Shown here: positions 39,216-47,523 of the stretch, piece after piece | How the letters are laid out: each line of letters begins with the position of its first letter | Numbering within the stretch: the stretch's first letter is position 1 | Origin: an uncultured Clostridia bacterium | Lineage (GTDB): Bacteria > Bacillota > Clostridia > Christensenellales > CAG-314 | Direction of reading: 5' to 3' | Assembly (NCBI GenBank): GCA_944336125.1 | Contig: CALVLA010000001.1 | Span: 162,516 to 226,515 of the forward strand | DNA: 64,000 nucleotides | Notes under the pieces: generated by a model | What the model was told of the DNA's origin: nothing | Database searches by the model: none | Seen by the model: only the letters and a program-made list of their open reading frames with translations | Program-made: the position numbers and the translations under genes

Positions 39216-39520
39216 TGTTAAAAGCACTGTAAACACAGTGCTTTTTTCTTTGCCTTCGTTGGCTCTCACCTGTAGGTGACGTGATTGACGCAAAGCGTAG
39301 CAATCGCTGTTCCGTCGCTCCGCTCCTTACGAGCCCTGTACTCCCCACCATGTTAAAAGCACTGTAAACACAGTGCTTTTTTCTTTGCCTTCGTTGGCTC
39401 TCACCTGTAGGTGACGTGATTGACGCAAAGCGTAGCAATCGCTGTTCCGTCGCTCCGCTCCTTACGAGCCCTGTACTCCCCACCATGTTAAAAGCACTGT
39501 AAATACAGTGTTTTTTCTTT
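39195..39520 (+). repeat. 135-bp tRNA-linked tandem repeat (two full copies plus a partial third)
   Basis: Units start at 39195, 39330 and 39465 with the last 21 nt of tRNA-Val (CGAGCCCTGTACTCCCCACCA), followed by terminator hairpin AAAAGCACTGT-AAAC-ACAGTGCTTTT. Confidence 0.95.
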
Positions 39521-39609
39521 TATCTTAAATCAAATTAAAAACTTTTTGTATTGCCCTTTATTTTTCCATATTATATAATTTCTTTAAAAAAACTTTTGCG
39601 AGAACATTT

Positions 39610-41583
39610 ATGAAAAACTTGCGATGCTATTATTCTGCTGATATTGAAAAATTTTTGCAAACATCAAACAATGAAATTTTAGGAACGATTATATCAAACG
39701 ATAGTTTTTCTGAAATAAAGCTTACCCAAAACAGCACCTGGCAATATGAAATAGAAATTTTAAAAGAACAACTATCTGCATTAAATAATGCTAGAATTAT
39801 ATTTGAATATACTATTCCACGAATGGGCAAACGCGTTGATGTTGTAATACTTTACCAAAACATTGTTTTTTTGTTGGAATTTAAATGCGGAGATAATGCT
39901 TACAAACAAAGTTATATCGATCAAGTACTTGACTATGCTTTGGATTTGCAAAACTTCCAAAAACACAGTCACGATAAATTAATTATTCCAATTGTTGTCG
40001 TTACAGAAGCAAGCAAAAAGAGTTTTTGCACCAACATAAAAGATAATATTGCAGATCCCCTTTTGTGCAATAAGAATAACATAATAGAAGCTATAAAACA
40101 TGTTTGCTTGAGCTATACTCCCGATCCCTTTGACTATCAGGAATGGGAAAACTCAGAATATTTGCCCACCCCCACCATTATTGAAGCCGCACAAGCACTT
40201 TACAGGGGACATAATGTCCACGAAATCACACGTAGCGATGCAGGCGCAAAAAACCTGAGTAAGACGACAGCCGCAATCAACAAAATAATAGAACAGAGTA
40301 AACTTCAAAGGAAAAAAAGTATTTGTTTTATTACAGGTGTACCTGGTGCCGGAAAAACTTTGGTTGGTCTTAATCTGGCTATCGAGCACGCAAATGCAAA
40401 AGATGGCGAACATGCTGCATTTTTGTCAGGAAATCAACCATTAGTTAATGTGTTGCAAGAAGCTCTTGCTCGAGATAAAGTCAAAAATTTACAATTAAAT
40501 GGAATAAGAATAAGCAAAGCTGATGCTTTAAGGGAAACAAGCTCTTTCATTCAAATTATCCATAAATATCGCGATAGTTTTGTTAATAATGAAAATATTC
40601 CGCCAGAAAAAGTCGTTATTTTTGACGAAGCCCAGCGTGCATGGACAAAAGATTACATTCAAAAGTTCATGCAGAAAAAGAAGGGAGTTAATAACTTTGA
40701 TTTTAGCGAACCTGAATTTTTAATAAGCACAATGGACAGACAAAAGGACTGGGCTGTAATTGTTTGTCTTATAGGCGGAGGCCAAGAGATAAATTCAGGT
40801 GAAGCGGGGCTTCCTGAATGGTTTGATTCTTTGCGCCGCAGTTTTAAAGATTGGCACGTATTTGTCACACCTCAGTTAAATGATGAAGAATATAAACGAA
40901 ATAAAGACTGGAATTCTCTTTTAGAAGGATTACAAATTACAGAAAATCCTGATTTACATTTAGCCACTTCCGTGCGCTCTTTTAGAACCCCTGATCTTGC
41001 TGAATTTGTAAAAGCTCTATTAGATAACGAATTTGATTTAGCAAAGAAACTTTATCAAAAAATAAAAGATAAATACCCTATTTTTCTCACAAGGGACTTA
41101 AAAAAAGCAAAAGAATGGGTTAAAAGTAAATCCCGCGGAACGGCAAGATATGGTCTTTTAGCAAGCAGCGGAGCACTTAGATTAAAACCAGACGGAATTT
41201 TTGTTAAAAATGACATTTCCGTGGCCAATTGGTTTTTAAATGATAAAACCGATGTTCGTTCGAGTTATTATTTGGAAGATGTAGTAAGCGAATTTGATGT
41301 TCAAGGATTAGAACTTGATTTTACTGTCGTAGCCTGGGACGCTGATTTTCGTATGCAAAATGGTAGCTGGACCTACAATGAATTTCGCGGAAACAAATGG
41401 TGTAAAATAGCATCAGACGAAAACAAAATGTATCTTAAAAACGCATATCGCGTTTTGCTGACGCGTGCTCGGCAAGGCATGGCCATTTTTATACCAAAAG
41501 GCGACGAAAGTGACAACACGCGCTTACAACCTTTTTATGACAGCACTTACAATTTTTTAAACGCCATACTGGAAAACAACTAA
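39610..41583 (+). CDS. DUF2075 / Schlafen group 3-like helicase with N-terminal PD-(D/E)xK nuclease-like domain
   Basis: EYTIPRMGKRVDVV..LLEFK, Walker A GVPGAGKT, DEAQRAW, QGLELD and YRVLLTRARQG motifs; visibly more AT-rich than neighbours. Confidence 0.85.
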   Translation: MKNLRCYYSADIEKFLQTSNNEILGTIISNDSFSEIKLTQNSTWQYEIEILKEQLSALNNARIIFEYTIPRMGKRVDVVILYQNIVFLLEFKCGDNAYKQSYIDQVLDYALDLQNFQKHSHDKLIIPIVVVTEASKKSFCTNIKDNIADPLLCNKNNIIEAIKHVCLSYTPDPFDYQEWENSEYLPTPTIIEAAQALYRGHNVHEITRSDAGAKNLSKTTAAINKIIEQSKLQRKKSICFITGVPGAGKTLVGLNLAIEHANAKDGEHAAFLSGNQPLVNVLQEALARDKVKNLQLNGIRISKADALRETSSFIQIIHKYRDSFVNNENIPPEKVVIFDEAQRAWTKDYIQKFMQKKKGVNNFDFSEPEFLISTMDRQKDWAVIVCLIGGGQEINSGEAGLPEWFDSLRRSFKDWHVFVTPQLNDEEYKRNKDWNSLLEGLQITENPDLHLATSVRSFRTPDLAEFVKALLDNEFDLAKKLYQKIKDKYPIFLTRDLKKAKEWVKSKSRGTARYGLLASSGALRLKPDGIFVKNDISVANWFLNDKTDVRSSYYLEDVVSEFDVQGLELDFTVVAWDADFRMQNGSWTYNEFRGNKWCKIASDENKMYLKNAYRVLLTRARQGMAIFIPKGDESDNTRLQPFYDSTYNFLNAILENN

Positions 41584-41611
41584 TTTTTAATAAATTGTTT
41601 TTTAATTTTTG

Positions 41612-41641
41612 AAGCACTGTAAACACAGTGCTTTTTTCTTT
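41612..41641 (+). repeat. 30-bp direct repeat of the post-tRNA-Val terminator
   Basis: AAGCACTGTAAACACAGTGCTTTTTTCTTT, identical to 39222-39251. Confidence 0.85.
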
Positions 41642-41647
41642 TTAAAT

Positions 41648-41742
41648 AAAAAAAGAAGCACCGAATAACGATGCTTCTGATGAGCGACCCAACCGGATAT
41701 TGGCATTTGCCTCACCGTGATTTTGTTCGTGTGAACTCACGC
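41648..41742 (-). ncRNA. Candidate ~95-nt small RNA
   Basis: TTGACG-18-TATTCT promoter (41777-41748), internal hairpins, ends in AGAAGCATCG-TTATT-CGGTGCTTCT-TTTTTT; no ORF. Confidence 0.4.
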
Positions 41743-41895
41743 TATTCAGAATAATAATCGGCTTTAAAAAGCGTCAATTTTTACATAAAATGCTTTTTAA
41801 GAATGTAAATGTAGACAAATTTTTTAATCTTGCTTGACTTTTGAAAATTTCAAACATAAAATAATCGGCGGTTAAAAAAAGTTTGTTGGTGAAAA

Positions 41896-43380
41896 ATGGA
41901 AAACACAAAAAAATCCTCCCCCAAAAGGTTTTTCGGACAGGTAAACCTTAGGGAAGGCAAGGAATGGAAAGTTTTGTTGAAATTTGCCTTGCCGATAATT
42001 TTTTCATACGTATTGCAACAGATATACACAATCAGCGACGCGGCGATATGCGGACAGACGCTTTCTGCCGACGAGGTTGCGGGGGTTAACGACGTATTTC
42101 CGTTAACCTTCATTTTTTTGCAGTTTGCTTTCGGGTGTACGGCGGGTTTCAGCGTAATTACCTCAAACCGCATCGGCCTCAACGACACAAACGGCGTGAA
42201 AAAGTCTTTTGCGACGCAAATTATGCTTTGTTTTGTAATTACCGCGGTGCTGACTGTTTTGTCGATAGTTTGCCTTGACCCCATGCTTGCCTGGATAAAC
42301 GTAACTCCCGAAAACGAAGCTGTTTACCGCGCGGCATACGACTACTGTTTCGTAATATTTTGCGGAATAATAGCGCAGATGTTTTACAACTTCATTTGTT
42401 CGGTACTGCGAAGCATAGGCGACTCGGTAACTCCCCTCATATTTTTGTTTTTGTCAACCCTTTTGAACATCGGTCTTGACCTTTTGTTCATAATAGTTTT
42501 CAAATGGGGAGTTTTGGGAGCGGCATACGCCACTGTCGCCGCGCAGGCTTTAAGTACCGTTGCCTGCTTTATATACGCCATTGCAAAATACAAGGAACTT
42601 CGTCTTACCAAAAAGGACTTTGCCTTGTCAGCGCGCGAAATAAAAACTCATTTAAGTCAAGGACTTCCTTTGGGGCTTCAGTTTTCCGTCCTTGCAATCG
42701 GCATAATAGTAATGCAGGGCGAGTTGGTAAAATTCGACATTATGCCAAGCGGTCTCATGGTGGAGGGAAACCCTGCTCAAAACGGCTTCGGAGCGGCAAA
42801 CAAACTCAACAACTTTTTGATGGCCCCGCTTAACGCTTTCGGCGCCGCTTTCGTAAGCTTCAACGCCCAAAACTACGGCGCGCTTAAATACGACAGAATA
42901 AAACGCGGAATGTATCAGGGGTTTGCCGTAGTCGGCGTGATGTACCTGTTTCTTGCGGGCATAGGGCTTTTGCTGACGATAGGAGGCGCGTATCAATACC
43001 TGTTTTTGAGCGCCGACAAAATAAACGATTTGACCGTTTCTTTCGGCAACAATTACCTTTACGTCGACTTGTCCCTTTATTTCGTTTTGGGTGCGCTTTT
43101 TGTGCTGCGAAGCGGAGTTCAGGGAATAGGAAAATCCTTTTACACCCTGCTTGCGGGAACGGCGGAACTTGTAGCGAGAATTTTGGTATGCCTGTTTTTG
43201 CCTCCTCTGTTCAACGGCGGAGCCATAAACTCGGAGGCAGGTACTTTGTCCTACATTATGCTTTGCCTCGCCGACCCATTGGCGTGGATTGCCGCCGTAG
43301 CCGTACTTTTTTACCCGTTTGTGAAATACGTCGTAAAGAAAAAATACTCATTCGGCATACCCATGACAAAACAAAACTGA
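41896..43380 (+). CDS. MATE family efflux transporter
   Basis: QQIYTISD, RSIGDSVTPL and NIGLDL motifs; polytopic. Confidence 0.9.
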   Translation: MENTKKSSPKRFFGQVNLREGKEWKVLLKFALPIIFSYVLQQIYTISDAAICGQTLSADEVAGVNDVFPLTFIFLQFAFGCTAGFSVITSNRIGLNDTNGVKKSFATQIMLCFVITAVLTVLSIVCLDPMLAWINVTPENEAVYRAAYDYCFVIFCGIIAQMFYNFICSVLRSIGDSVTPLIFLFLSTLLNIGLDLLFIIVFKWGVLGAAYATVAAQALSTVACFIYAIAKYKELRLTKKDFALSAREIKTHLSQGLPLGLQFSVLAIGIIVMQGELVKFDIMPSGLMVEGNPAQNGFGAANKLNNFLMAPLNAFGAAFVSFNAQNYGALKYDRIKRGMYQGFAVVGVMYLFLAGIGLLLTIGGAYQYLFLSADKINDLTVSFGNNYLYVDLSLYFVLGALFVLRSGVQGIGKSFYTLLAGTAELVARILVCLFLPPLFNGGAINSEAGTLSYIMLCLADPLAWIAAVAVLFYPFVKYVVKKKYSFGIPMTKQN

Positions 43381-43410
43381 AAACAAAAAAACCGGCATAT
43401 GCCGGTTTTT

Positions 43411-43662
43411 TTATTTCTTTTTGATCAACGTAAAGGTATTGTTTTCAACTTGGTATGCTTCGGAAAACTCGATGTTTTTTTCCGCAAGCGTTTGTTCCGC
43501 CTTGTCAACGTTTTCAGGCGAAACCGCAAGACACAGTCCGCAGCCTGCCCTTATGGCATTTGGTACGGGTCTCACTTTGACGGCTATTTTTGCAGACAGC
43601 AAGGCCTGTTCGCCGGCAATGACGGCATGAGTGTTCGGAAACGTATAAAAAATTTCAATCAT
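43411..43662 (-). CDS. DUF3343 domain protein (putative Se/S carrier-like)
   Basis: TFPNTHAVI..PVPNAIRAGCGLC; start ATG 43662 overlaps the yedF stop. Confidence 0.8.
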   Translation of the reverse strand: MIEIFYTFPNTHAVIAGEQALLSAKIAVKVRPVPNAIRAGCGLCLAVSPENVDKAEQTLAEKNIEFSEAYQVENNTFTLIKKK

Positions 43663-44279
43663 CAGATGTTGATTACCTTTTGCGCGCCGTCCATAAATTC
43701 GACGATATCGTACATGTTTGCGATTTCGCCGACGGCTACTTTGTCTTTTACGTTGAAGAAGTCGACGCAAGTGCCGCAAACGCGAATTTGAGTACCTTTT
43801 TCCTGCAAGGATTTGAGGTCGTCGAGAGTGTTTGCGCCTTCGAGAGCGAGGTTTACGCCGGAGTTGAAAAAGAGAACTGCCTTAGGCGGAACTTCAAGCT
43901 GAGCCAGCGAGAAGATAAATCCTTTGATGAGGATTTTGCCGAGGTCGTCGCTTCCCTTTCCCATTTTGTCCTGACTGATAGCCACCACAAGGCCTTCGCC
44001 TCTGACCATAGCCGCAGGAGTAGCCTGAGGAGCTTGAGCTTCAGCAGTAACCTGACCTTCGCCCACGGTAACGGTAACTTCATACTGTTTGTCGGCAACT
44101 TTAACCACGTCGCATTTGAGGCCTTTTTTGTCAGCCATTTTGCCGAGGTTTTCGCAAGCGATGGCGTTGTCGACAAGCACTTTGATAACTCCGCCTTCAG
44201 GAGGAAGTTTTTCGATTTCTTTTTTTGTTTTAATTACAGGAACGGGACAAAGCAATCCCATGCAATCGATAACAATCAT
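43662..44279 (-). CDS. yedF: Selenium metabolism protein YedF (SirA/TusA domain plus DsrE-like domain)
   Basis: IDCMGLLCPVPVI, VDN..ENL, MGKGSDDLGKIL, FFNSGV, CGTC and NMYDI motifs. Confidence 0.88.
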   Translation of the reverse strand: MIVIDCMGLLCPVPVIKTKKEIEKLPPEGGVIKVLVDNAIACENLGKMADKKGLKCDVVKVADKQYEVTVTVGEGQVTAEAQAPQATPAAMVRGEGLVVAISQDKMGKGSDDLGKILIKGFIFSLAQLEVPPKAVLFFNSGVNLALEGANTLDDLKSLQEKGTQIRVCGTCVDFFNVKDKVAVGEIANMYDIVEFMDGAQKVINI

Positions 44280-45400
44280 AACAGTATCCCCTTTTTTAAA
44301 ATTTCTTTAACGCCGTCAACGGCGGTAAGTACATCGTTTTGAGTGTTGAAGTGTGAGAAAGAAAACCTCACGGCTCCTCTGTTTTGCGTGCCCAAAGTTT
44401 TGTGCATAAGCGGTGCGCAGTGAGCTCCTGCCCTGACGGCAATCGAGTAGTGTTCGTAAAGGAAGTTTGCCACGTCGCCGCTGTCGAAGTCCTTGATGTT
44501 TAGCGACGCCACCGGAGTGCGAAGTTTCGCGTCAATGTCTCCGTAAAGTGTTACGCCGTCAAGTCCCCTTACTTCCTGAATAAACATACGCGCGAGCTTG
44601 TCCGCCTCCGAAAAAGCTTTGCCTTCGAGTGAGGTAACGTAATTTATGCCTGCGAGAAGCCCCGCTATGCCGTGAGCGTTTTGAGTACCCGCTTCCAATG
44701 CGTCGGGCATTTCGGACGGATGGGTCGGCGAAAATGATTCGCTGCCGCTGCCACCCACTACGAGAGGCTGAGGCTGAAAACCGTTTTGCAGAAGTATTCC
44801 CCCCGTTCCCTGCGGACCGTAAAGCGACTTGTGCCCGCTGAAACAAACTGCCGACAAAAAGATTTTTTTAACGTCTATCGGAATAAGCCCCGCAGTCTGC
44901 GCTGCGTCGAGCATGAATTTTAAATTGTGCTTGCGGCAAATTTCACCTACCGCAAAAATGTCAAATACGTTTCCCGTGAGGTTGGACGCATGACACATCA
45001 CAACCGCCTCGGTATCGCTTTTGATTGCTTTTTCGATATCGCTTGCGTCAAGCCTTCCCTTTTCGTCGAGAGAAACAACGGTGTAATTTCCCCTTCTGAA
45101 AACGGGACGCAAAACGCTGTTGTGTTCCGCCGCCGTAATTATGACGTGACCTTTGAGGGAGGAAATCGCAATGTTGAGTGCCGCAGTCGCGTTTTGAGTG
45201 AAAGCGACGTTCAAAGGATTGTCTGAATTGAAAAGGTCCGCCACTGCCATGCGCGCCCTCAAAAGACATCTCAGTCCGTTGAGAGAGGCGTCGTATGAGC
45301 CTCGCGAGGGGTTGCCGCAACTATTTAAAGCGTCACATACCGCTTTGACGACTTCGTCGGGTTTTGGCAAAGTGGTAGCGGCATTGTCGAGATATATCAT
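44276..45400 (-). CDS. Cysteine desulfurase / selenocysteine lyase family (class V PLP enzyme)
   Basis: YLDNAATT, EHNSV, HASN, DAAQ, SGHKSLYGP and RAGAHCA motifs. Confidence 0.9.
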   Translation of the reverse strand: MIYLDNAATTLPKPDEVVKAVCDALNSCGNPSRGSYDASLNGLRCLLRARMAVADLFNSDNPLNVAFTQNATAALNIAISSLKGHVIITAAEHNSVLRPVFRRGNYTVVSLDEKGRLDASDIEKAIKSDTEAVVMCHASNLTGNVFDIFAVGEICRKHNLKFMLDAAQTAGLIPIDVKKIFLSAVCFSGHKSLYGPQGTGGILLQNGFQPQPLVVGGSGSESFSPTHPSEMPDALEAGTQNAHGIAGLLAGINYVTSLEGKAFSEADKLARMFIQEVRGLDGVTLYGDIDAKLRTPVASLNIKDFDSGDVANFLYEHYSIAVRAGAHCAPLMHKTLGTQNRGAVRFSFSHFNTQNDVLTAVDGVKEILKKGILL

Positions 45401-45585
45401 AAAAAGCACCCTTAATCTAAAAATCTTCGTTAACATTATACAACATTATTTTCAAAAAGCAACAAAATATAAATCTCAAAGAGGCAAAAGACGGCTTAAT
45501 CCTTGAAAAGGCCGAAAAACTATGTTAAACTAATATTCAGCAAAATTCTGAAAAACTGTTGCCTTTGGCAATCGGAGGAAGACAT

Positions 45586-46980
45586 ATGAGCAAGCAGGAA
45601 GCATTGAGGTCGATGCCCCGCGTCGACGACGTAATAGCAAGAGTAGAAGCAGAGCCAAAAGCCAAAAACATTTCGTATCACGAGCTTTTGAGCTGCGTCA
45701 GGGAGACGCTTGACGGCATAAGGAAAGACATTTTGGCGGACAAAACCGACAAAGTGCCTGACGTTTCGGAAATAGTAAAGGCGGTAATCAAAACCGCGGT
45801 TAAAAAATGTTCGTTTAGTTTAAGACCTGTAATAAACGCGACCGGCGTAGTGCTGCACACCAATTTGGGAAGAGCGGTACTTGCCGAAGCGGCTGCGGAA
45901 AACGTGAGTCAGGTAGCGAGAGAATACAACTCTCTCGAATACTCGCTTGAAGAGGGCTGCCGCGGAAGCAGACATTCGCACGTCGAATCGCTCATCTGCA
46001 AACTGACGGGAGCGGAAGCGGCAATGGTTGTAAACAACAACGCGGCTGCCGTAATGCTTTTGCTTGCGGCGATGTGCAAGGACAGAGAAGTCGTGGTGTC
46101 ACGAGGCGAACTGGTTGAAATAGGCGGTTCCTTCCGCGTGCCTGAAATCATGAGCATGAGCGGCGCGCACCTTAAAGAGGTAGGCACTACCAACAAAACC
46201 AAACCGTCCGACTATGCCGAAGCGATTAACGAAAACACTGCGGCTCTTTTGAAGGTACACACCAGCAACTTTAAAATCGTAGGTTTTTCCGAACAGGTAA
46301 AAATCGACGAAATGGTAAAAATAGGTCACGACCATAACATACCCGTTATTTACGACGTAGGCAGCGGACTTATGGTTGAAGGCGAAAAAGTAGGTCTTTA
46401 CGACGAAGTGGGCGTCAAGGAAAGCGTAAAAGCAGGCGCGGACATCACGTGTTTTTCCGCCGACAAGCTTTTGGGCGGACCTCAGGCAGGTATAATCGTC
46501 GGCAAAAAGAAATACGTCGAAATGATGAAAAAGCATCAGCTGGCAAGGGTAGTCAGGATAGACAAACTCAATCTTGCCGCACTTGAAGCGACAATACGAA
46601 TTTATCTGGACCCTGAAAGGACCTTTAAGGAAATCCCTACCCTTTCCAACCTCGCGATAACAAAAGCCGAACTCAAAATCAAGGCAAACAAACTTTGCGG
46701 ACTTTTGCCTGTACGCAAAAACAGTTTTTCGGCAACGGTAAAAACAAGCGAATCGCAGGTAGGCGGCGGTTCTGCGCCGGGTGAAATGCTCCCTTCCTAC
46801 GCTGTGCAGATTACCCCAAAAACTATGTCGGCGGCAGATCTCGAAAAAGCTCTCCGCGAAAACGAAGTGCCTATCATATGCCGTATCCACAAAGGCTGCG
46901 TTTTGCTTGACCCTCGCACTATTTTCGAAAATCAGTACGCCGAAATAGTAAGAGCCTTTGAAAACATTTTTGCGGAATAA
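45586..46980 (+). CDS. selA: L-seryl-tRNA(Sec) selenium transferase
   Basis: VINATGVVLHTNLGRA, VVNNNAAA, SRGELVEIGGSFR, EVGTTNKT, PLP-Lys SADKLLGGPQAG and VGGGSAP; GGAGG SD. Confidence 0.95.
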   Translation: MSKQEALRSMPRVDDVIARVEAEPKAKNISYHELLSCVRETLDGIRKDILADKTDKVPDVSEIVKAVIKTAVKKCSFSLRPVINATGVVLHTNLGRAVLAEAAAENVSQVAREYNSLEYSLEEGCRGSRHSHVESLICKLTGAEAAMVVNNNAAAVMLLLAAMCKDREVVVSRGELVEIGGSFRVPEIMSMSGAHLKEVGTTNKTKPSDYAEAINENTAALLKVHTSNFKIVGFSEQVKIDEMVKIGHDHNIPVIYDVGSGLMVEGEKVGLYDEVGVKESVKAGADITCFSADKLLGGPQAGIIVGKKKYVEMMKKHQLARVVRIDKLNLAALEATIRIYLDPERTFKEIPTLSNLAITKAELKIKANKLCGLLPVRKNSFSATVKTSESQVGGGSAPGEMLPSYAVQITPKTMSAADLEKALRENEVPIICRIHKGCVLLDPRTIFENQYAEIVRAFENIFAE

Positions 46981-47058
46981 AAAATGTCAAAACAAAAGGC
47001 CGCCTTTCAAAGGCGGTTTTTTTTTGTCAAAATATTGCCGAAAATGCTTTTTTTAAGC

Positions 47059-47087
47059 TTGATAAATTTTAAGATACGTGATAAAAT
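47059..47087 (+). promoter_or_regulatory. SigA promoter of the tRNA-Sec-like gene
   Basis: TTGATA-17-TAAAAT with extended TG. Confidence 0.75.
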
Positions 47088-47103
47088 ATATAGGCTAATC
47101 CAT

Positions 47104-47199
47104 GGGAATGGATGGGTGCTGGTGTACCCTCCGGCTTTAAAACCGGTATGGGAAGTTAGGAGCTGCCTGGGTGGGTTCGATTCCCACACGTTCCCGCCA
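47104..47199 (+). tRNA. selC: tRNA-Sec-type tRNA with non-canonical anticodon arm (loop CUUUAAAA, UUA at the anticodon position)
   Basis: 96 nt; 6-bp D stem GGGTGC/GTACCC with TGGT loop, long variable arm, GTGGG-TTCGATT-CCCAC T arm, extended acceptor stem, G73-CCA; directly downstream of selA. Confidence 0.9.
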
Positions 47200-47202
47200 T
47201 TT

Positions 47203-47228
47203 GAACCGAATTTTCGGTTCTTTTTTTT
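47203..47228 (+). terminator. Intrinsic terminator of selC
   Basis: GAACCGAA-TT-TTCGGTTC followed by T8. Confidence 0.8.
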
Positions 47229-47249
47229 CGTCCTCGACGGGCGTTTGCC

Positions 47250-47523
47250 TTGCAAAAAAAGCCCGTTTCTATTATAATATTACGTAATATTACGAAAGGT
47301 AACATTTTGCGACGGAATTTTCAGCTCCTGTTTCGTCTCAATGCCGCCCGACGCTCCTTATCGGGCGCGAAAAAACCGATTCCGACACTTGTCGACGCTC
47401 CTGTTTCGGTATACCTTGTCAAAATGAAATATCTCCCTGTCGGTTTGTCGCACTCGGACTCTCCTACCCGGCAGGCTTTACATATACGAAAACGCAATTT
47501 TGCAATATTTTGGGGAGAGTTTT
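47250..47523 (+). promoter_or_regulatory. Promoter, palindromic operator and ~240-nt structured leader of the yedE-sirA-DUF3343-selD operon
   Basis: TTGCAA-17-TATAAT; 18-bp perfect palindrome 47275-47292; five CTCC(T) motifs, several in hairpin loops. Confidence 0.65.

Noticed and set aside
39172-39486. 104-aa repeated ORF on the minus strand
   Set aside because: Antisense by-product of tRNA-Val and the 135-bp repeat.
39195-39520. CRISPR array
   Set aside because: Segments between the repeats are identical rather than unique spacers, the unit includes a tRNA 3' end, and no cas genes are present.
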